DNA of 59,109 nucleotides. Source: a virus (lineage: Duplodnaviria > Caudoviricetes). Positions 19,560 to 29,610 of this stretch are shown here, in pieces. Location of the stretch: positions 1 to 59,109 of IMG/VR virus record IMGVR_UViG_3300030102_001767; one strand, written 5' to 3'. Both the position numbers and the translations under genes were made by a program. The stretch's first letter is position 1, and the number at the start of each line of letters is the position of its first letter. The notes under the pieces were generated by a model. The model was not told the DNA's origin. It searched no databases and saw nothing but the letters and a program-made list of their open reading frames with translations.

Positions 19560-20258
19560 ATGGCAGTAACAGGTACATCAACTTTTAATTTAGATATTGG
19601 AGAAATTTGCGAAGAAGCATTTGAAAGAGCTGGTTTAGAGCTTAGAACTGGATATGACCTTAGAACAGCTAGAAGGTCTTTAGATTTATTGTGTATTGAA
19701 TGGCAAAATAGAGGTATAAATCTTTGGACTATAGAAAAAAAAGAATTAACTTTAGTTCCAGGTCAGACTACATATACTTTAGATAATGATGTTGTAGACC
19801 TTATAGAGCATTCAATAAGAACAAATTCTGGAGATTCTGACAGACAAAATGATATACCAATAACAAGAATTAGTGTTTCTACATATTCAACAATTCCTAG
19901 TAAATTAACACAGGGCAGACCAATCCAGGTATGGATTGATAGGCAAAGAGAAGCTCCTCAAGTTAATTTTTGGCCTGTTCCTGATTCAGCAGAAACTTAT
20001 ACTTTTTGTTATTATTATCTTAGAAGAGTATATGATGTAGGAGATACAGCTAGTTTTAATGCAGATGTTCCTTTTCGTTTTCTTCCAGCTCTTGTAGCTG
20101 GTCTTGCTTTTCAAGTAGCAATGAAAAGACCAGAACTTGCTGAAAGAGCTGTCTTATTAAGAGATTATTATATGGAACAATTTGATTTAGCAGCTCAAGA
20201 AGATAGAGTAAAAGCATCTATTCAATTTATTCCTTATAGCTATAGTTATGGTGAATAA
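19560..20258 (+). CDS. head-tail adaptor / tail tubular protein A-like
   Basis: IGEICEEAFERAG...TARRSL...WQNRGINLWT, WPVPD, DVPFRFLPALVAGLA. Confidence 0.7.
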   Translation: MAVTGTSTFNLDIGEICEEAFERAGLELRTGYDLRTARRSLDLLCIEWQNRGINLWTIEKKELTLVPGQTTYTLDNDVVDLIEHSIRTNSGDSDRQNDIPITRISVSTYSTIPSKLTQGRPIQVWIDRQREAPQVNFWPVPDSAETYTFCYYYLRRVYDVGDTASFNADVPFRFLPALVAGLAFQVAMKRPELAERAVLLRDYYMEQFDLAAQEDRVKASIQFIPYSYSYGE

Positions 20259-20594
20259 ATGGTAAAGTATGCTGCAGGTAAATATGCTTTCGGTTTTTGC
20301 GATAGAACTGGTTTTAGATATAAATTAAAAGATTTAAAACAAGAATTTGTTGGAGGAAATCGTACTGGATTTTTAGTTGGCAAAGATGTTTGGGATAAAG
20401 ATCAAGGACAAAATTTTCAAGGAAGATATGCATTTCAAGACGCACAAGCATTGCCTTTTGCAAGACCAGATTCTAATTTAGCAGAAAGTAGAAGAATGTT
20501 TTCTTTTAATCCTGTTGGAAATGGAAATGCAGGAGGATCAGGAAATTTAATAATAAATGGATCAGTTGGTTCTGTAACAATAAAAACGAGTTAA
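20259..20594 (+). CDS. structural-module hypothetical protein
   Basis: AFGFCDRTGFRYKL motif; coupled ORF. Confidence 0.6.
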   Translation: MVKYAAGKYAFGFCDRTGFRYKLKDLKQEFVGGNRTGFLVGKDVWDKDQGQNFQGRYAFQDAQALPFARPDSNLAESRRMFSFNPVGNGNAGGSGNLIINGSVGSVTIKTS

Positions 20595-20597
20595 ATT

Positions 20598-21242
20598 ATG
20601 TCATATACTTATACTACCTTAGTACAAGCAATTAAAGATTATGCTAATACAGATGAAACTACATTTAATAATAATATAAATAATTTTATAACAAGTGCAG
20701 AAGATAGAATACTTAGAACTTGTCAATTACCTAATTTTAGAAAAAATGTAGAAGGTCAAATGTCAGCAGGAACTCAGTATCTTTCAACACCTTCAGATTT
20801 TTTAGCACCTTTTTCTTTATCTGTTACAGATTCAAGCAAACAATCTTTTTTATTATTAAAAGAGGTAGCTTTTTTAAGAGAAGCATATCCTAATGCATCT
20901 GTACAAGGAGAACCAAAATACTATGCATTGTTTGATGATGATACCTTTATGTTAGCTCCTACACCAACTAATGGATATATAACAGAATTACATTATTTTT
21001 ATAGTCCTGCGTCTATTACAGAAGTTTCAAGTGGAGAAACATGGTTAGGAACAAATGCACCAGAATGTCTTTTATATGGAAGCATGGTTCAAGCAAATCT
21101 TTTTATAAAAGGTGAGGCTGATATGCAACAACAATATGAATCACAATATCAAGAGGCCATATTAAGATTAAGAAACGAATCAGCAGGTAAAAGCATGCAA
21201 GATAGCTATAGATATGGACAACCTAGACAAGCAGTAGAATAA
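20598..21242 (+). CDS. second head-tail connector-like protein
   Basis: FITSAEDRI, GEPKYYA, LAPTP, LHYFY, WLGTNAPECLLYG. Confidence 0.65.
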   Translation: MSYTYTTLVQAIKDYANTDETTFNNNINNFITSAEDRILRTCQLPNFRKNVEGQMSAGTQYLSTPSDFLAPFSLSVTDSSKQSFLLLKEVAFLREAYPNASVQGEPKYYALFDDDTFMLAPTPTNGYITELHYFYSPASITEVSSGETWLGTNAPECLLYGSMVQANLFIKGEADMQQQYESQYQEAILRLRNESAGKSMQDSYRYGQPRQAVE

Positions 21243-21255
21243 AGGAGAAAAATTA

Positions 21256-21549
21256 ATGTCAATAACAGAAGGTATAGGATTATCTATAGGAAATGTAATT
21301 GTTACAACAACAAAAAATTCAGGACATCCAATAGAGTATTGGGCAGAACAAGCAACAAACAAAATTATACAATATTCAGATAATATTGATCCTGTATTGC
21401 AACAACAAGCAAAAGAGTTTAGAAATAATATTTACACTGTTGTATTAGATTACATGAAAAAAGCTGTTCAATCAGATAGAAGTACATTAATATATACATT
21501 AGAAAAAGAAGGCCACAAATGTGGCTCAGATATAATTAGGAGATTATAA
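21256..21549 (+). CDS. hypothetical protein
   Basis: 97-aa ORF with AAGGAG RBS. Confidence 0.65.
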   Translation: MSITEGIGLSIGNVIVTTTKNSGHPIEYWAEQATNKIIQYSDNIDPVLQQQAKEFRNNIYTVVLDYMKKAVQSDRSTLIYTLEKEGHKCGSDIIRRL

Positions 21550-21983
21550 TGGCGATAACTCAAGCAATGACTACTTCTTTCAAGCGTCAACTTTTAGAAG
21601 CAGGTCATAATTTTAAAACATCAGGATCAGGTGGTAATACATTTAAAATTGCTTTGTATACAAATGCAGCAAGTTTAGATGCAGGAACAACTGCATTTAC
21701 TACAACTAACGAAGCTACTGGAACTAATTATGTATCAGGTGGAAAAGTATTAACTAATGCAACACCTGCTACTTCAGGCACTACAGCTTTTTGTGATTTT
21801 AGTGATGTTACTTGGTCAGCTAGTTCTATTACTGCAAGAGGAGCACTTATTTATAATACAAATCTTTCAAATGCGGCTGTTGCTGTTTTAGATTTTGGTG
21901 CTGATAAAACATCTACAAGTGGTGATTTTACAGTTCAGTTCCCAACTGCTGACGCAACAAATGCTATAATAAGGCTTGCATAA
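21549..21983 (+). CDS. putative tail structural protein
   Basis: MAITQAMTTSFK...FKIALYT...ITARGALIYN...VLDFGADK...FTVQFP. Confidence 0.7.
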   Translation: MAITQAMTTSFKRQLLEAGHNFKTSGSGGNTFKIALYTNAASLDAGTTAFTTTNEATGTNYVSGGKVLTNATPATSGTTAFCDFSDVTWSASSITARGALIYNTNLSNAAVAVLDFGADKTSTSGDFTVQFPTADATNAIIRLA

Positions 21984-22664
21984 ATGCCTCATTTTAGTCT
22001 GAAAATATCAGATAGAGTAAAAGAAACTACTACTACAACAGGTACAGGTACTCTTACTCTTGCAGGTGCTGTTGATGGATTTCAGGCTTTTAGTATTTTA
22101 GGTGACGGAGCAAGAACGCAATACGCTATCGTAGACACAGCAAACAATACATTTGAAACAGGAATAGGAACTTATACATCTAGTGGTACTACATTAAGTA
22201 GAGATTTTGTTTTTGAATCATCTAATTCAAATGGATTAGTTAATTTTGGTGCAGGTGAAAAACAAGCATTTGTAACATTACCAGCAGAAAGAGCAGGTGT
22301 TTTATCTGCTGTTGATATATCTTCTGCTTCAGGAACTATTAATGGAGCACAAAATGTTATACCTGAAACAACAGGTGGATTTACACTAGGTGCAGTATTT
22401 ACAGCAAAAGATGGAACAACAATAGGTGCAAATGGTTCAGTGACTGTTTTTGATGATGCAGTATATTATATTGCAGATACAGCATACGCTAACGAAGTTT
22501 CTCCTTTTTGGTCTGATGGTACAATCACAGAAATTACAGTTGCTTTAGGACAATTTAATGTGGTAGGCTCGGTAGCAATTACTGGTTCAGGAAGCGTTGA
22601 AGTTATTGACGCAACTTCTCATGCCACACTAAACTTAGGTGACACAGTTACATTAAACGCATAG
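21984..22664 (+). CDS. putative tail fibre base or attachment protein
   Basis: DRVKETTTTTGTGTLTL...ETGIGTY...TLSR N-terminal domain typical of fibre-anchoring proteins. Confidence 0.6.
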   Translation: MPHFSLKISDRVKETTTTTGTGTLTLAGAVDGFQAFSILGDGARTQYAIVDTANNTFETGIGTYTSSGTTLSRDFVFESSNSNGLVNFGAGEKQAFVTLPAERAGVLSAVDISSASGTINGAQNVIPETTGGFTLGAVFTAKDGTTIGANGSVTVFDDAVYYIADTAYANEVSPFWSDGTITEITVALGQFNVVGSVAITGSGSVEVIDATSHATLNLGDTVTLNA

Positions 22665-22673
22665 GATAATAAA

Positions 22674-23621
22674 ATGTCATTATTAACAGTAGATCAAATA
22701 CAATATAACGGAGGAACAGCTCTTACCTTACCAACAGCAACACCTGGTGCTGGTGATATGTTGCAAACAAATGGTTCAGGCGTTCTTTCATGGAGAGATA
22801 GACTTCAAAAAGTAACAAATGCAGCAGGAACAGTTACTTATACAACTCCTGCTAACATTCAAGCAGGAAAAGCATTAGGAACAGGTGGAAGTGGAACATT
22901 AGGTTGGTATTCTGGTGGTGGTGATCCAATGCAAATTAACTCTCACATTGGATGGAGACTTGCTGATAAAGCAGATTTTAATGCTATTATTTCTGGTTAT
23001 AGTGGCAGTGAGTCAAATGGTGCTAACACAGGAGTTGGTTCAATAGATTTAACATTACCTAGTGGTGTAAATGCTTCAGATGTTATTAGTTATTATATGG
23101 AGGGTTATAATCTTTCGGCACAAAACGGAAGTTGGTATTTAAATATTGAAGCTATAAAATCAAATGGTTCTAATGCTGCAAACAATCAGATTGGTCATCT
23201 TAATCAAACTCTAAGTAATAATTGGGGTGCTAATTATAACACACAAAATACTAATAAAATTAGAGCAAACGATGGTCCGACAGGTACATTAATTCAAAAT
23301 GGTTCAGTTAACACTACTTATGGTGATTGGAATAGATTACAATCTCAAAACAGTAGTATGGCATTTAGAGACTTGAATTTTCAATTACAACATTACAATG
23401 CAAAGCACGATTTTGATGGTGTTTTAGAAGTAAATGGAAATTACACTGGTAATAGTAATTATAATTTTGCATCTTCAATCGTTTATCAAGGAAGAGGCAA
23501 CCAAGGTGCTTTTACAATGAGTACAGATTATGCAAATGGTTTTAAAATAGAATTAGGGGGTGGTGGTAATTGGAAAAAAGGAACTATTTGTTTATATTAC
23601 TGTCTTAAAGATGGTGCATAG
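22674..23621 (+). CDS. tail fibre-like protein (paralog 1)
   Basis: LTLPTATPGAGDMLQTNGSGVLSW repeat; C-terminal GTICLYYCLKDGA. Confidence 0.65.
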   Translation: MSLLTVDQIQYNGGTALTLPTATPGAGDMLQTNGSGVLSWRDRLQKVTNAAGTVTYTTPANIQAGKALGTGGSGTLGWYSGGGDPMQINSHIGWRLADKADFNAIISGYSGSESNGANTGVGSIDLTLPSGVNASDVISYYMEGYNLSAQNGSWYLNIEAIKSNGSNAANNQIGHLNQTLSNNWGANYNTQNTNKIRANDGPTGTLIQNGSVNTTYGDWNRLQSQNSSMAFRDLNFQLQHYNAKHDFDGVLEVNGNYTGNSNYNFASSIVYQGRGNQGAFTMSTDYANGFKIELGGGGNWKKGTICLYYCLKDGA

Positions 23622-23630
23622 GAGAAAAAC

Positions 23631-24584
23631 ATGAGTATTTTAGTAGTAAACAGTTTAAAAAATTCAGCAGGTAGTTCTCCAACTTTAACCATACCAACTG
23701 CTGATGGCACTGACGGACAAATCTTACAATCATCAAATAATTCAGGTAATCTTGTTTTTGGAGGAGCTCAGATAGAAGCACAGAATGGAACTAACATAAC
23801 TTTTCCTGCGAGTGCAGCTGATGATCGTACTTTTGTTACTGATGCAAATGGTAATTTAACAGCAACTGAGGCAGGAGGTAATCCAATGAATACTCCTGAC
23901 AATACACATCAAGGAGAAAGACTTCTTGATAGGTATGTATTTTCAGGAGGAACAGCTACTTCTAGTGTTAGTTTAACTGTACCAACAGGTTACACAAATA
24001 CTGATTTAAATACTATAAGAACTATGAAATTTGTTATGAAAGGCATACAACTTGGAGCTGGTAGTTCTTTTAGACCTACTTTAAGACTTTTAGAACAAGA
24101 CGGAACAGATTTTTTTAGTGGTAGTGGAAGCAACCCTAGTGCTACTTATGCTAGGTTTGGAGTAGAAGGTAAAACTTATAGTTCTGCTGTTACTAACTTT
24201 AACAATGGCTCTCAAGAAAAGTATCTGACTAGAGAGAATGTAAACAGAAGCTCTAGTGGACTTAGTAATCAAGATTATTTTAGTTCAACTAATATAAGTC
24301 AATATGAAGCTCTTAATGGTTCATCTTGTTTTAATGGTATAGTTTATATTAATCCAACTAGTTCTCCTACTATGATTTCAAAAATTGATTATATTGATAA
24401 TTCAAATCAAGCAAATTTTTATAATGAACAATGCTATCTTGGTAATTTAGCTGGTCAATTAGCTTCTGGTAATAATACAGGAAGACATCCAATGGGTGTT
24501 CGATTTAGCACTAACACAGGTAATAATATTTCTACAGGTGTTGTTGAATTATACGGAGTATTTAAAGATGGAGTAGTAAGCTAA
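23631..24584 (+). CDS. tail fibre-like protein (paralog 2)
   Basis: LTIPTADGTDGQILQS repeat; C-terminal GVVELYGVFKDGVVS. Confidence 0.65.
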   Translation: MSILVVNSLKNSAGSSPTLTIPTADGTDGQILQSSNNSGNLVFGGAQIEAQNGTNITFPASAADDRTFVTDANGNLTATEAGGNPMNTPDNTHQGERLLDRYVFSGGTATSSVSLTVPTGYTNTDLNTIRTMKFVMKGIQLGAGSSFRPTLRLLEQDGTDFFSGSGSNPSATYARFGVEGKTYSSAVTNFNNGSQEKYLTRENVNRSSSGLSNQDYFSSTNISQYEALNGSSCFNGIVYINPTSSPTMISKIDYIDNSNQANFYNEQCYLGNLAGQLASGNNTGRHPMGVRFSTNTGNNISTGVVELYGVFKDGVVS

Positions 24585-25552
24585 TGGGTAAAATAGTCGT
24601 AAAAAAAATACAATCACAAGCAAGTAATACTGCTTTTACTATACCTTCTGCCGATGGTACTACAGGACAAGTTTTAAAGACAGATGGTTCTGCTAATCTA
24701 GGTTGGACAGATAAATCATCAAAAATAGGAAGTGCTGGTATAGATTACACAATGCCTGCTTCTGATGGAACTGCTGGTCAACTATTACAAACAAACGGAA
24801 CTGGTGGAGTTTTAGAATTTGTAAGCCCTGCAACTAATCCATTGTCAACTCCTGATGGAAATCATCAAGGTATAAGACTTTGCGATAAATATTTTTGTGG
24901 TTTAAATGATGCAGCTAATGTTAGTTCTGTTACCTTAACTGTTCCTTCTTCTTACACAACTGAGCCTTCAGATGTTTTAACTTTAGAACTTTATTTAAGT
25001 GGAATGACACAATCACAAACAGTCTCTTATGATGATCATTTTAAAATAACTATGCTAGGTCAAGACGGCTCTACTACTTCTAGAGCAACAGGTAGTCTAA
25101 TTACTATGTATAGTGGATATGGTAATCAATACAAAGACTGGAATGTAGAAAGAAATTGGGGAACTGATCCAACAACAGGTAATGATGTTTATTTCAATGT
25201 TGGACATAATTATAATTCTTATAGCGATAGAACTAGATGGAGCACTACACAGGACACTTTTTCAAAGCATCCTGTTGGTCAATTAATGGCCACTTGGTTT
25301 AACTCTGCTACTTATCCTGTTTGGATGGCACAAGGATCAATGGGAAGAACTAATTTTGCAAGTAATGAATTACCAGGTCAAAGAATTTATCAAAAAGCTG
25401 CTAACTATTCTTCAACAAATGGATTTCATAAAACAACTCCAAGCAATTTAAAACATTCTTTAGGAATGAAAATAGAATGGAAATCTGGTTATACAATGCG
25501 AGATGGTGTTTTTATGTTGTTCGCTAGATTTAAAGATGGCGTAGTATCTTAG
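24584..25552 (+). CDS. tail fibre-like protein (paralog 3)
   Basis: FTIPSADGTTGQVLKTDGSANLGW repeat twice; C-terminal GVFMLFARFKDGVVS. Confidence 0.65.
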   Translation: MGKIVVKKIQSQASNTAFTIPSADGTTGQVLKTDGSANLGWTDKSSKIGSAGIDYTMPASDGTAGQLLQTNGTGGVLEFVSPATNPLSTPDGNHQGIRLCDKYFCGLNDAANVSSVTLTVPSSYTTEPSDVLTLELYLSGMTQSQTVSYDDHFKITMLGQDGSTTSRATGSLITMYSGYGNQYKDWNVERNWGTDPTTGNDVYFNVGHNYNSYSDRTRWSTTQDTFSKHPVGQLMATWFNSATYPVWMAQGSMGRTNFASNELPGQRIYQKAANYSSTNGFHKTTPSNLKHSLGMKIEWKSGYTMRDGVFMLFARFKDGVVS

Positions 25553-25561
25553 GAGATTTAA

Positions 25562-26647
25562 ATGACATCTAAGATAGTTGTAAATAACATTGAATCATCT
25601 TCAGCGACAAATGATGTTAAAATTAAATCAAGAAATGTAACTTATACAATGCCAACTGCTGACGGCACTAATGGTCAGTTTATGAAAACAGATGGCAGTG
25701 GTAATTTAGGTTTTGCTACAGTTGATACATCCGTAGATCAAACTTCTTTAACAAATACAGTAACAACACCAGGAACAACTTATCAAAGTGAAAAGTTAGT
25801 AAAGGTTCTTGATTATAATAATAATGTACCACCACTTGCTGCACAAAAATTTGATTTTGTAGTTCCCACATCAATGTTTACGGATGATGGTGATACAACA
25901 AAAATGTTTTACATTACTAGATTTAAATTTAAATTTAAAAATCTTTGTTGGTCTTATACTAGTGATAATAACACAACTAACACCACTAGATTATCTGCTT
26001 ATGCTGTACCTTTAAACGCTAGTGGTAGTCCTATTTTATCTAGTAATAATAATTATGAAACTGAACTAAATTGGTATTACTTAGATAATGGTACTTCATG
26101 GAATTCATCTAATGCAACTATGGGTTCTGGTAATTCTTTTACTTATCCTAGAAGTGGTGGAAATCCTTCAAATTATCCACGATCAACAGTTGGGCATCAA
26201 TTTATAAGAAGCAACATGAATCTTTATGCTTCTAATGGTGGATTAGGTGTTAATTATAGATTAAGACAAGGTGTTGATAAATTAACAAGAACTGATAATG
26301 CTAGAATGAATGGATTTAGGGCTAATTTAAATGGAGAGCTTACAATATTAAATGCAAAAAATCAGTGGGATATGGATTTTCATTGTACACATCAAGAAAA
26401 TAATAATCGTAATACTGGAAGAAAAAATGAATCTAGTAGTAATTATCAATCAAGTATGAATTCTAGCACTTGGTATGAGCAAAATACAGCACCTGCACAA
26501 GGCGTAAGGTTGTATTTTTTACCTCACGATTTTAACGATGCTAATGGTGGTAGTTCAGGTAGTTCAGGACAAATAGAAGCACTCAAATGGGGTTTAGCTG
26601 GTGGAATTATAGAATTTTATGCAGATATTAGTAACAATTTCACTTGA
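25562..26647 (+). CDS. tail fibre-like protein (paralog 4)
   Basis: YTMPTADGTNGQFMKTDGSGNLGF repeat; C-terminal GGIIEFYA. Confidence 0.65.
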   Translation: MTSKIVVNNIESSSATNDVKIKSRNVTYTMPTADGTNGQFMKTDGSGNLGFATVDTSVDQTSLTNTVTTPGTTYQSEKLVKVLDYNNNVPPLAAQKFDFVVPTSMFTDDGDTTKMFYITRFKFKFKNLCWSYTSDNNTTNTTRLSAYAVPLNASGSPILSSNNNYETELNWYYLDNGTSWNSSNATMGSGNSFTYPRSGGNPSNYPRSTVGHQFIRSNMNLYASNGGLGVNYRLRQGVDKLTRTDNARMNGFRANLNGELTILNAKNQWDMDFHCTHQENNNRNTGRKNESSSNYQSSMNSSTWYEQNTAPAQGVRLYFLPHDFNDANGGSSGSSGQIEALKWGLAGGIIEFYADISNNFT

Positions 26648-26690
26648 TTAGTTATTATAAGTAATATAAAAATTTAATAGGAGTATTAAT

Positions 26691-27074
26691 ATGGCAAGAC
26701 CAACACAAGATGATTTTGAAGTCTTTACAACAAGACCTAAAAAAGCAGTTCGTAATTCTGAAGGCGTAAGAGTTGTTGAAGACTATACAGATGCAGAATG
26801 GGATGAAGCTAAAGCTAGTGCACAAGAAATGATAGATAATTATGATGTTGATGCATTTGCAAAAATTAGAGAATACAGAAATAAATTATTAAATGATTCG
26901 GATTGGGGATTAGTCGCTGATACTACATTAACTGAATCTGAGATAGTAGATTTAAAAGCATGGAGAACCAGTCTTAGAGATTTACCTGCATCTCAAGAAG
27001 ACCCTGATGATATTGTTTTTCCTGAGTGTCCTATTGATTATTTAGGTATTGAAGTATTTCAACCATTAGCATAA
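26691..27074 (+). CDS. tail fibre assembly chaperone
   Basis: IREYRNKLLNDSDW...AWRTSLRDLP...DIVFPECP motif directly after the fibre genes. Confidence 0.8.
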   Translation: MARPTQDDFEVFTTRPKKAVRNSEGVRVVEDYTDAEWDEAKASAQEMIDNYDVDAFAKIREYRNKLLNDSDWGLVADTTLTESEIVDLKAWRTSLRDLPASQEDPDDIVFPECPIDYLGIEVFQPLA

Positions 27075-27077
27075 AAA

Positions 27078-27293
27078 ATGACTGAGGGAAAAAAAGAGGA
27101 ATGGATTCCTCAACAAAAAGAATTAGAAGCACTTCATACTATGAGAATAGAACATAACTATGATGTAAACTTTTCTGTTATTAGTGATAAAAAAGATTTT
27201 TTAGATGCTTTAATGGAAATAGATTCTTTAGAGCTAGGCAATCAAATTAAACAATTAATAGAATCTCAGGATAGACAATTCACAGTAGAATAG
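27078..27293 (+). CDS. hypothetical protein
   Basis: 71-aa ORF. Confidence 0.55.
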   Translation: MTEGKKEEWIPQQKELEALHTMRIEHNYDVNFSVISDKKDFLDALMEIDSLELGNQIKQLIESQDRQFTVE

Positions 27294-27327
27294 TGTAAGT
27301 TGTTTATATTAGGAGTAATATAGATTA

Positions 27328-28101
27328 ATGGCACTTGGTTTTACAACATATTCTGAAGCAGCATACGCACAATCTAGCGTAATTAATAATGTTATTGTTA
27401 TACCATCAGGAGTTCAAGCTACAGGTGCTATTGGCAATGTAGGTGTTACATCTCCTGAATTAGTTATACCTACAGGTGTTGAAGCTACAGGCGTTATAGG
27501 ACAAGCTCTTGGTAAAGCAGGATTTGTTTTTGCTAAACCTCGTGGCAATGAAACATTTACTATAACAGTACAAAATGTTGGTGGCTCAAATAAATATTTT
27601 GTAAATGATTTCCAACAACAAATGCCTACTGCATTACATAAAGGCTTTACTTATATATTCGATCAATCAGATTCAAGCAACGCAGGTCATCCATTAAGAT
27701 TTAGCACTACACAAGATGGTTCAAACTATACTGATGGAGTTACAGTAGTAGGAACACCAGGTCAAGCAGGTTCTTACACACAAATTGTAGTAGCTAGTAA
27801 CGCACCATCAACTTTGTATGTAAAATGTAATATTCACAGTGGTATGGGTTTTGCTGTTAGTGTAGAAGCAAATGTTGAAATTAAATCTACAGGTGCAGTT
27901 GGAAATGCAACAGCAATACCTCAAATGATTGTAGTACCTACAGGAGTTCAAGCAACAGGTGCTATTGGTAATGTAAGTATAAAATTAAGTGCAGTTGCAT
28001 CTGTTACAGGTGTTTCTGCTTCAGTAACTACAACAAATGTGTTAGTTTGGAGTGAAGTTGATACAAATCAAAATCCAAATTGGACTGAGATTGCGGCATA
28101 A
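27328..28101 (+). CDS. virion protein with inserted cupredoxin-like domain
   Basis: PTGVQATGAIGNV repeats flank YIFDQSDSSNAGHPLRFS...LYVKCNIHSGMG. Confidence 0.65.
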   Translation: MALGFTTYSEAAYAQSSVINNVIVIPSGVQATGAIGNVGVTSPELVIPTGVEATGVIGQALGKAGFVFAKPRGNETFTITVQNVGGSNKYFVNDFQQQMPTALHKGFTYIFDQSDSSNAGHPLRFSTTQDGSNYTDGVTVVGTPGQAGSYTQIVVASNAPSTLYVKCNIHSGMGFAVSVEANVEIKSTGAVGNATAIPQMIVVPTGVQATGAIGNVSIKLSAVASVTGVSASVTTTNVLVWSEVDTNQNPNWTEIAA

Positions 28102-28113
28102 AAGGATTAAATA

Positions 28114-29178
28114 ATGGCTACATTTAGTAATTTAGGGTTAAAATTAATATCACAAGGTGATGAAGCAGGTACATGGGGTACAAGCACAAATACAAATTTA
28201 GATATTGTTGATGAATCTCTTCAATATAATTCTAAAAATTTTACATCTGATGCAAATTTAACAATAACAGTAGCTAATGGAACAACAGGTACTTCAGGTT
28301 CTCCAAGTGGTCGTGAGCAAGTTTTAGAATTTACTGATACAGGAAATGTTCTTACAGCTGCTAGAAGTGTTATAATTCAACCATCTACACTTAAAAAAAT
28401 GTGGTTAGTAAAAAATTCAACTGCACGAAGCCTTTTAATTAAAATGAGTAATGGAGATAGTGGTGTAACTATATTAGCAGGAAACGATGCTTTATTATAT
28501 TCTAAAGGAACAGGTAATATGCAATCAAGTGTTGCAGGTTCTCCTGGTGTAAGTTCTTTAGCAGGAACTACTAATCAAGTAGCAGTATCTCAATCATCAG
28601 GTGCAGTTACCTTATCTTTAGATGATTCTCAGGTAAGACTAGTAAATCAATCTGCTTTAACTACAGGAACAACAGTAAATAATATTTATAATTCAACTAA
28701 TTATAATAGATATAAATTTACAGGCTCTGCACAAATAACTGTTGCGAATGGTGGAAGTGGTAATATTCAAATACAACCTATATCTACAACAGGCCAAACA
28801 GGTGTAGGAAATTATTATAGTTCTGGTTTTTATACTGATGTTTCAGCAGGAACACCATCAACAGCTCTTATTAATAATCAACTGGGTGCTAGTTGGACAA
28901 TACCTTTAGCTACAGCAGGTAGTAGTAATCAAATAGACATTTGGTGGGAAATTAATTTAGCAAGAGATACAACATATCAATCAACTTATGGATTTCCATA
29001 TTATGGAACTGGTAAAGTTACATCTAGATCAGGATTAAATGTTGATTCTGCAAGAATAGTAGATTTTAATATGGGTGCTGCGGCAAATGGTAGTTGGAAT
29101 ACATTTGGAGGTTTAAAGTTTACTACTCCTACAAATGTTAATTCAGGTCATTCTATATTCGAAGTTAGTAATTATTAG
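28114..29178 (+). CDS. putative tail fibre or tail protein
   Basis: LGLKLISQGDEAGTWGTSTNTNL N-terminus, Thr/Ser/Gly-rich. Confidence 0.6.
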   Translation: MATFSNLGLKLISQGDEAGTWGTSTNTNLDIVDESLQYNSKNFTSDANLTITVANGTTGTSGSPSGREQVLEFTDTGNVLTAARSVIIQPSTLKKMWLVKNSTARSLLIKMSNGDSGVTILAGNDALLYSKGTGNMQSSVAGSPGVSSLAGTTNQVAVSQSSGAVTLSLDDSQVRLVNQSALTTGTTVNNIYNSTNYNRYKFTGSAQITVANGGSGNIQIQPISTTGQTGVGNYYSSGFYTDVSAGTPSTALINNQLGASWTIPLATAGSSNQIDIWWEINLARDTTYQSTYGFPYYGTGKVTSRSGLNVDSARIVDFNMGAAANGSWNTFGGLKFTTPTNVNSGHSIFEVSNY

Positions 29179-29188
29179 GAGTTAAATT

Positions 29189-29398
29189 ATGGCAAAAACG
29201 ACTGTTGCAGATATAGATAAAAAAGTTGCGGTAATAGAACAACAGTTAGTAGACCATGTTAAGTCTTGTGAGCAATTAGCAGTAGAAACTTTAGCTAGAG
29301 TAAAAAGATTAGAATATTTTATAATAGCAACTTTATTTTCTGTTCTTAGTGGAACAGTTTTAGTAGTAGTTCAGCTTATTTCAAGAACAATAAATTAG
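29189..29398 (+). CDS. small membrane protein (coiled coil plus one TM helix), lysis-module type
   Basis: HVKSC...RVKRLE followed by a hydrophobic helix. Confidence 0.55.
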   Translation: MAKTTVADIDKKVAVIEQQLVDHVKSCEQLAVETLARVKRLEYFIIATLFSVLSGTVLVVVQLISRTIN

Positions 29399-29406
29399 GA
29401 GAAATT

Positions 29407-29607
29407 ATGTTAAATAATATTATAGAAAAAATTAAATCAAATTTAAAAACATTAAATGAATGGACAAAAGAACCTCAAATAGCTCTAGGTATTTCATGGG
29501 TATTATTAGCTGTAGGATACTTTTTTTCTTCAGTTATATTATTTATTTTAGCTTTAGGTTTAGCTGGATATGGTGTTTATTTAGTTACAAGACCAGAATC
29601 GGAGTAA
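29407..29607 (+). CDS. small two-TM membrane protein
   Basis: AGGAG RBS; two hydrophobic segments. Confidence 0.6.
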   Translation: MLNNIIEKIKSNLKTLNEWTKEPQIALGISWVLLAVGYFFSSVILFILALGLAGYGVYLVTRPESE

Positions 29608-29610
29608 ATT

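Noticed and set aside
22674-26647. Diversity-generating retroelement or invertible fibre cassette
   Set aside because: No reverse transcriptase, invertase or near-identical template/variable repeat pair was seen.
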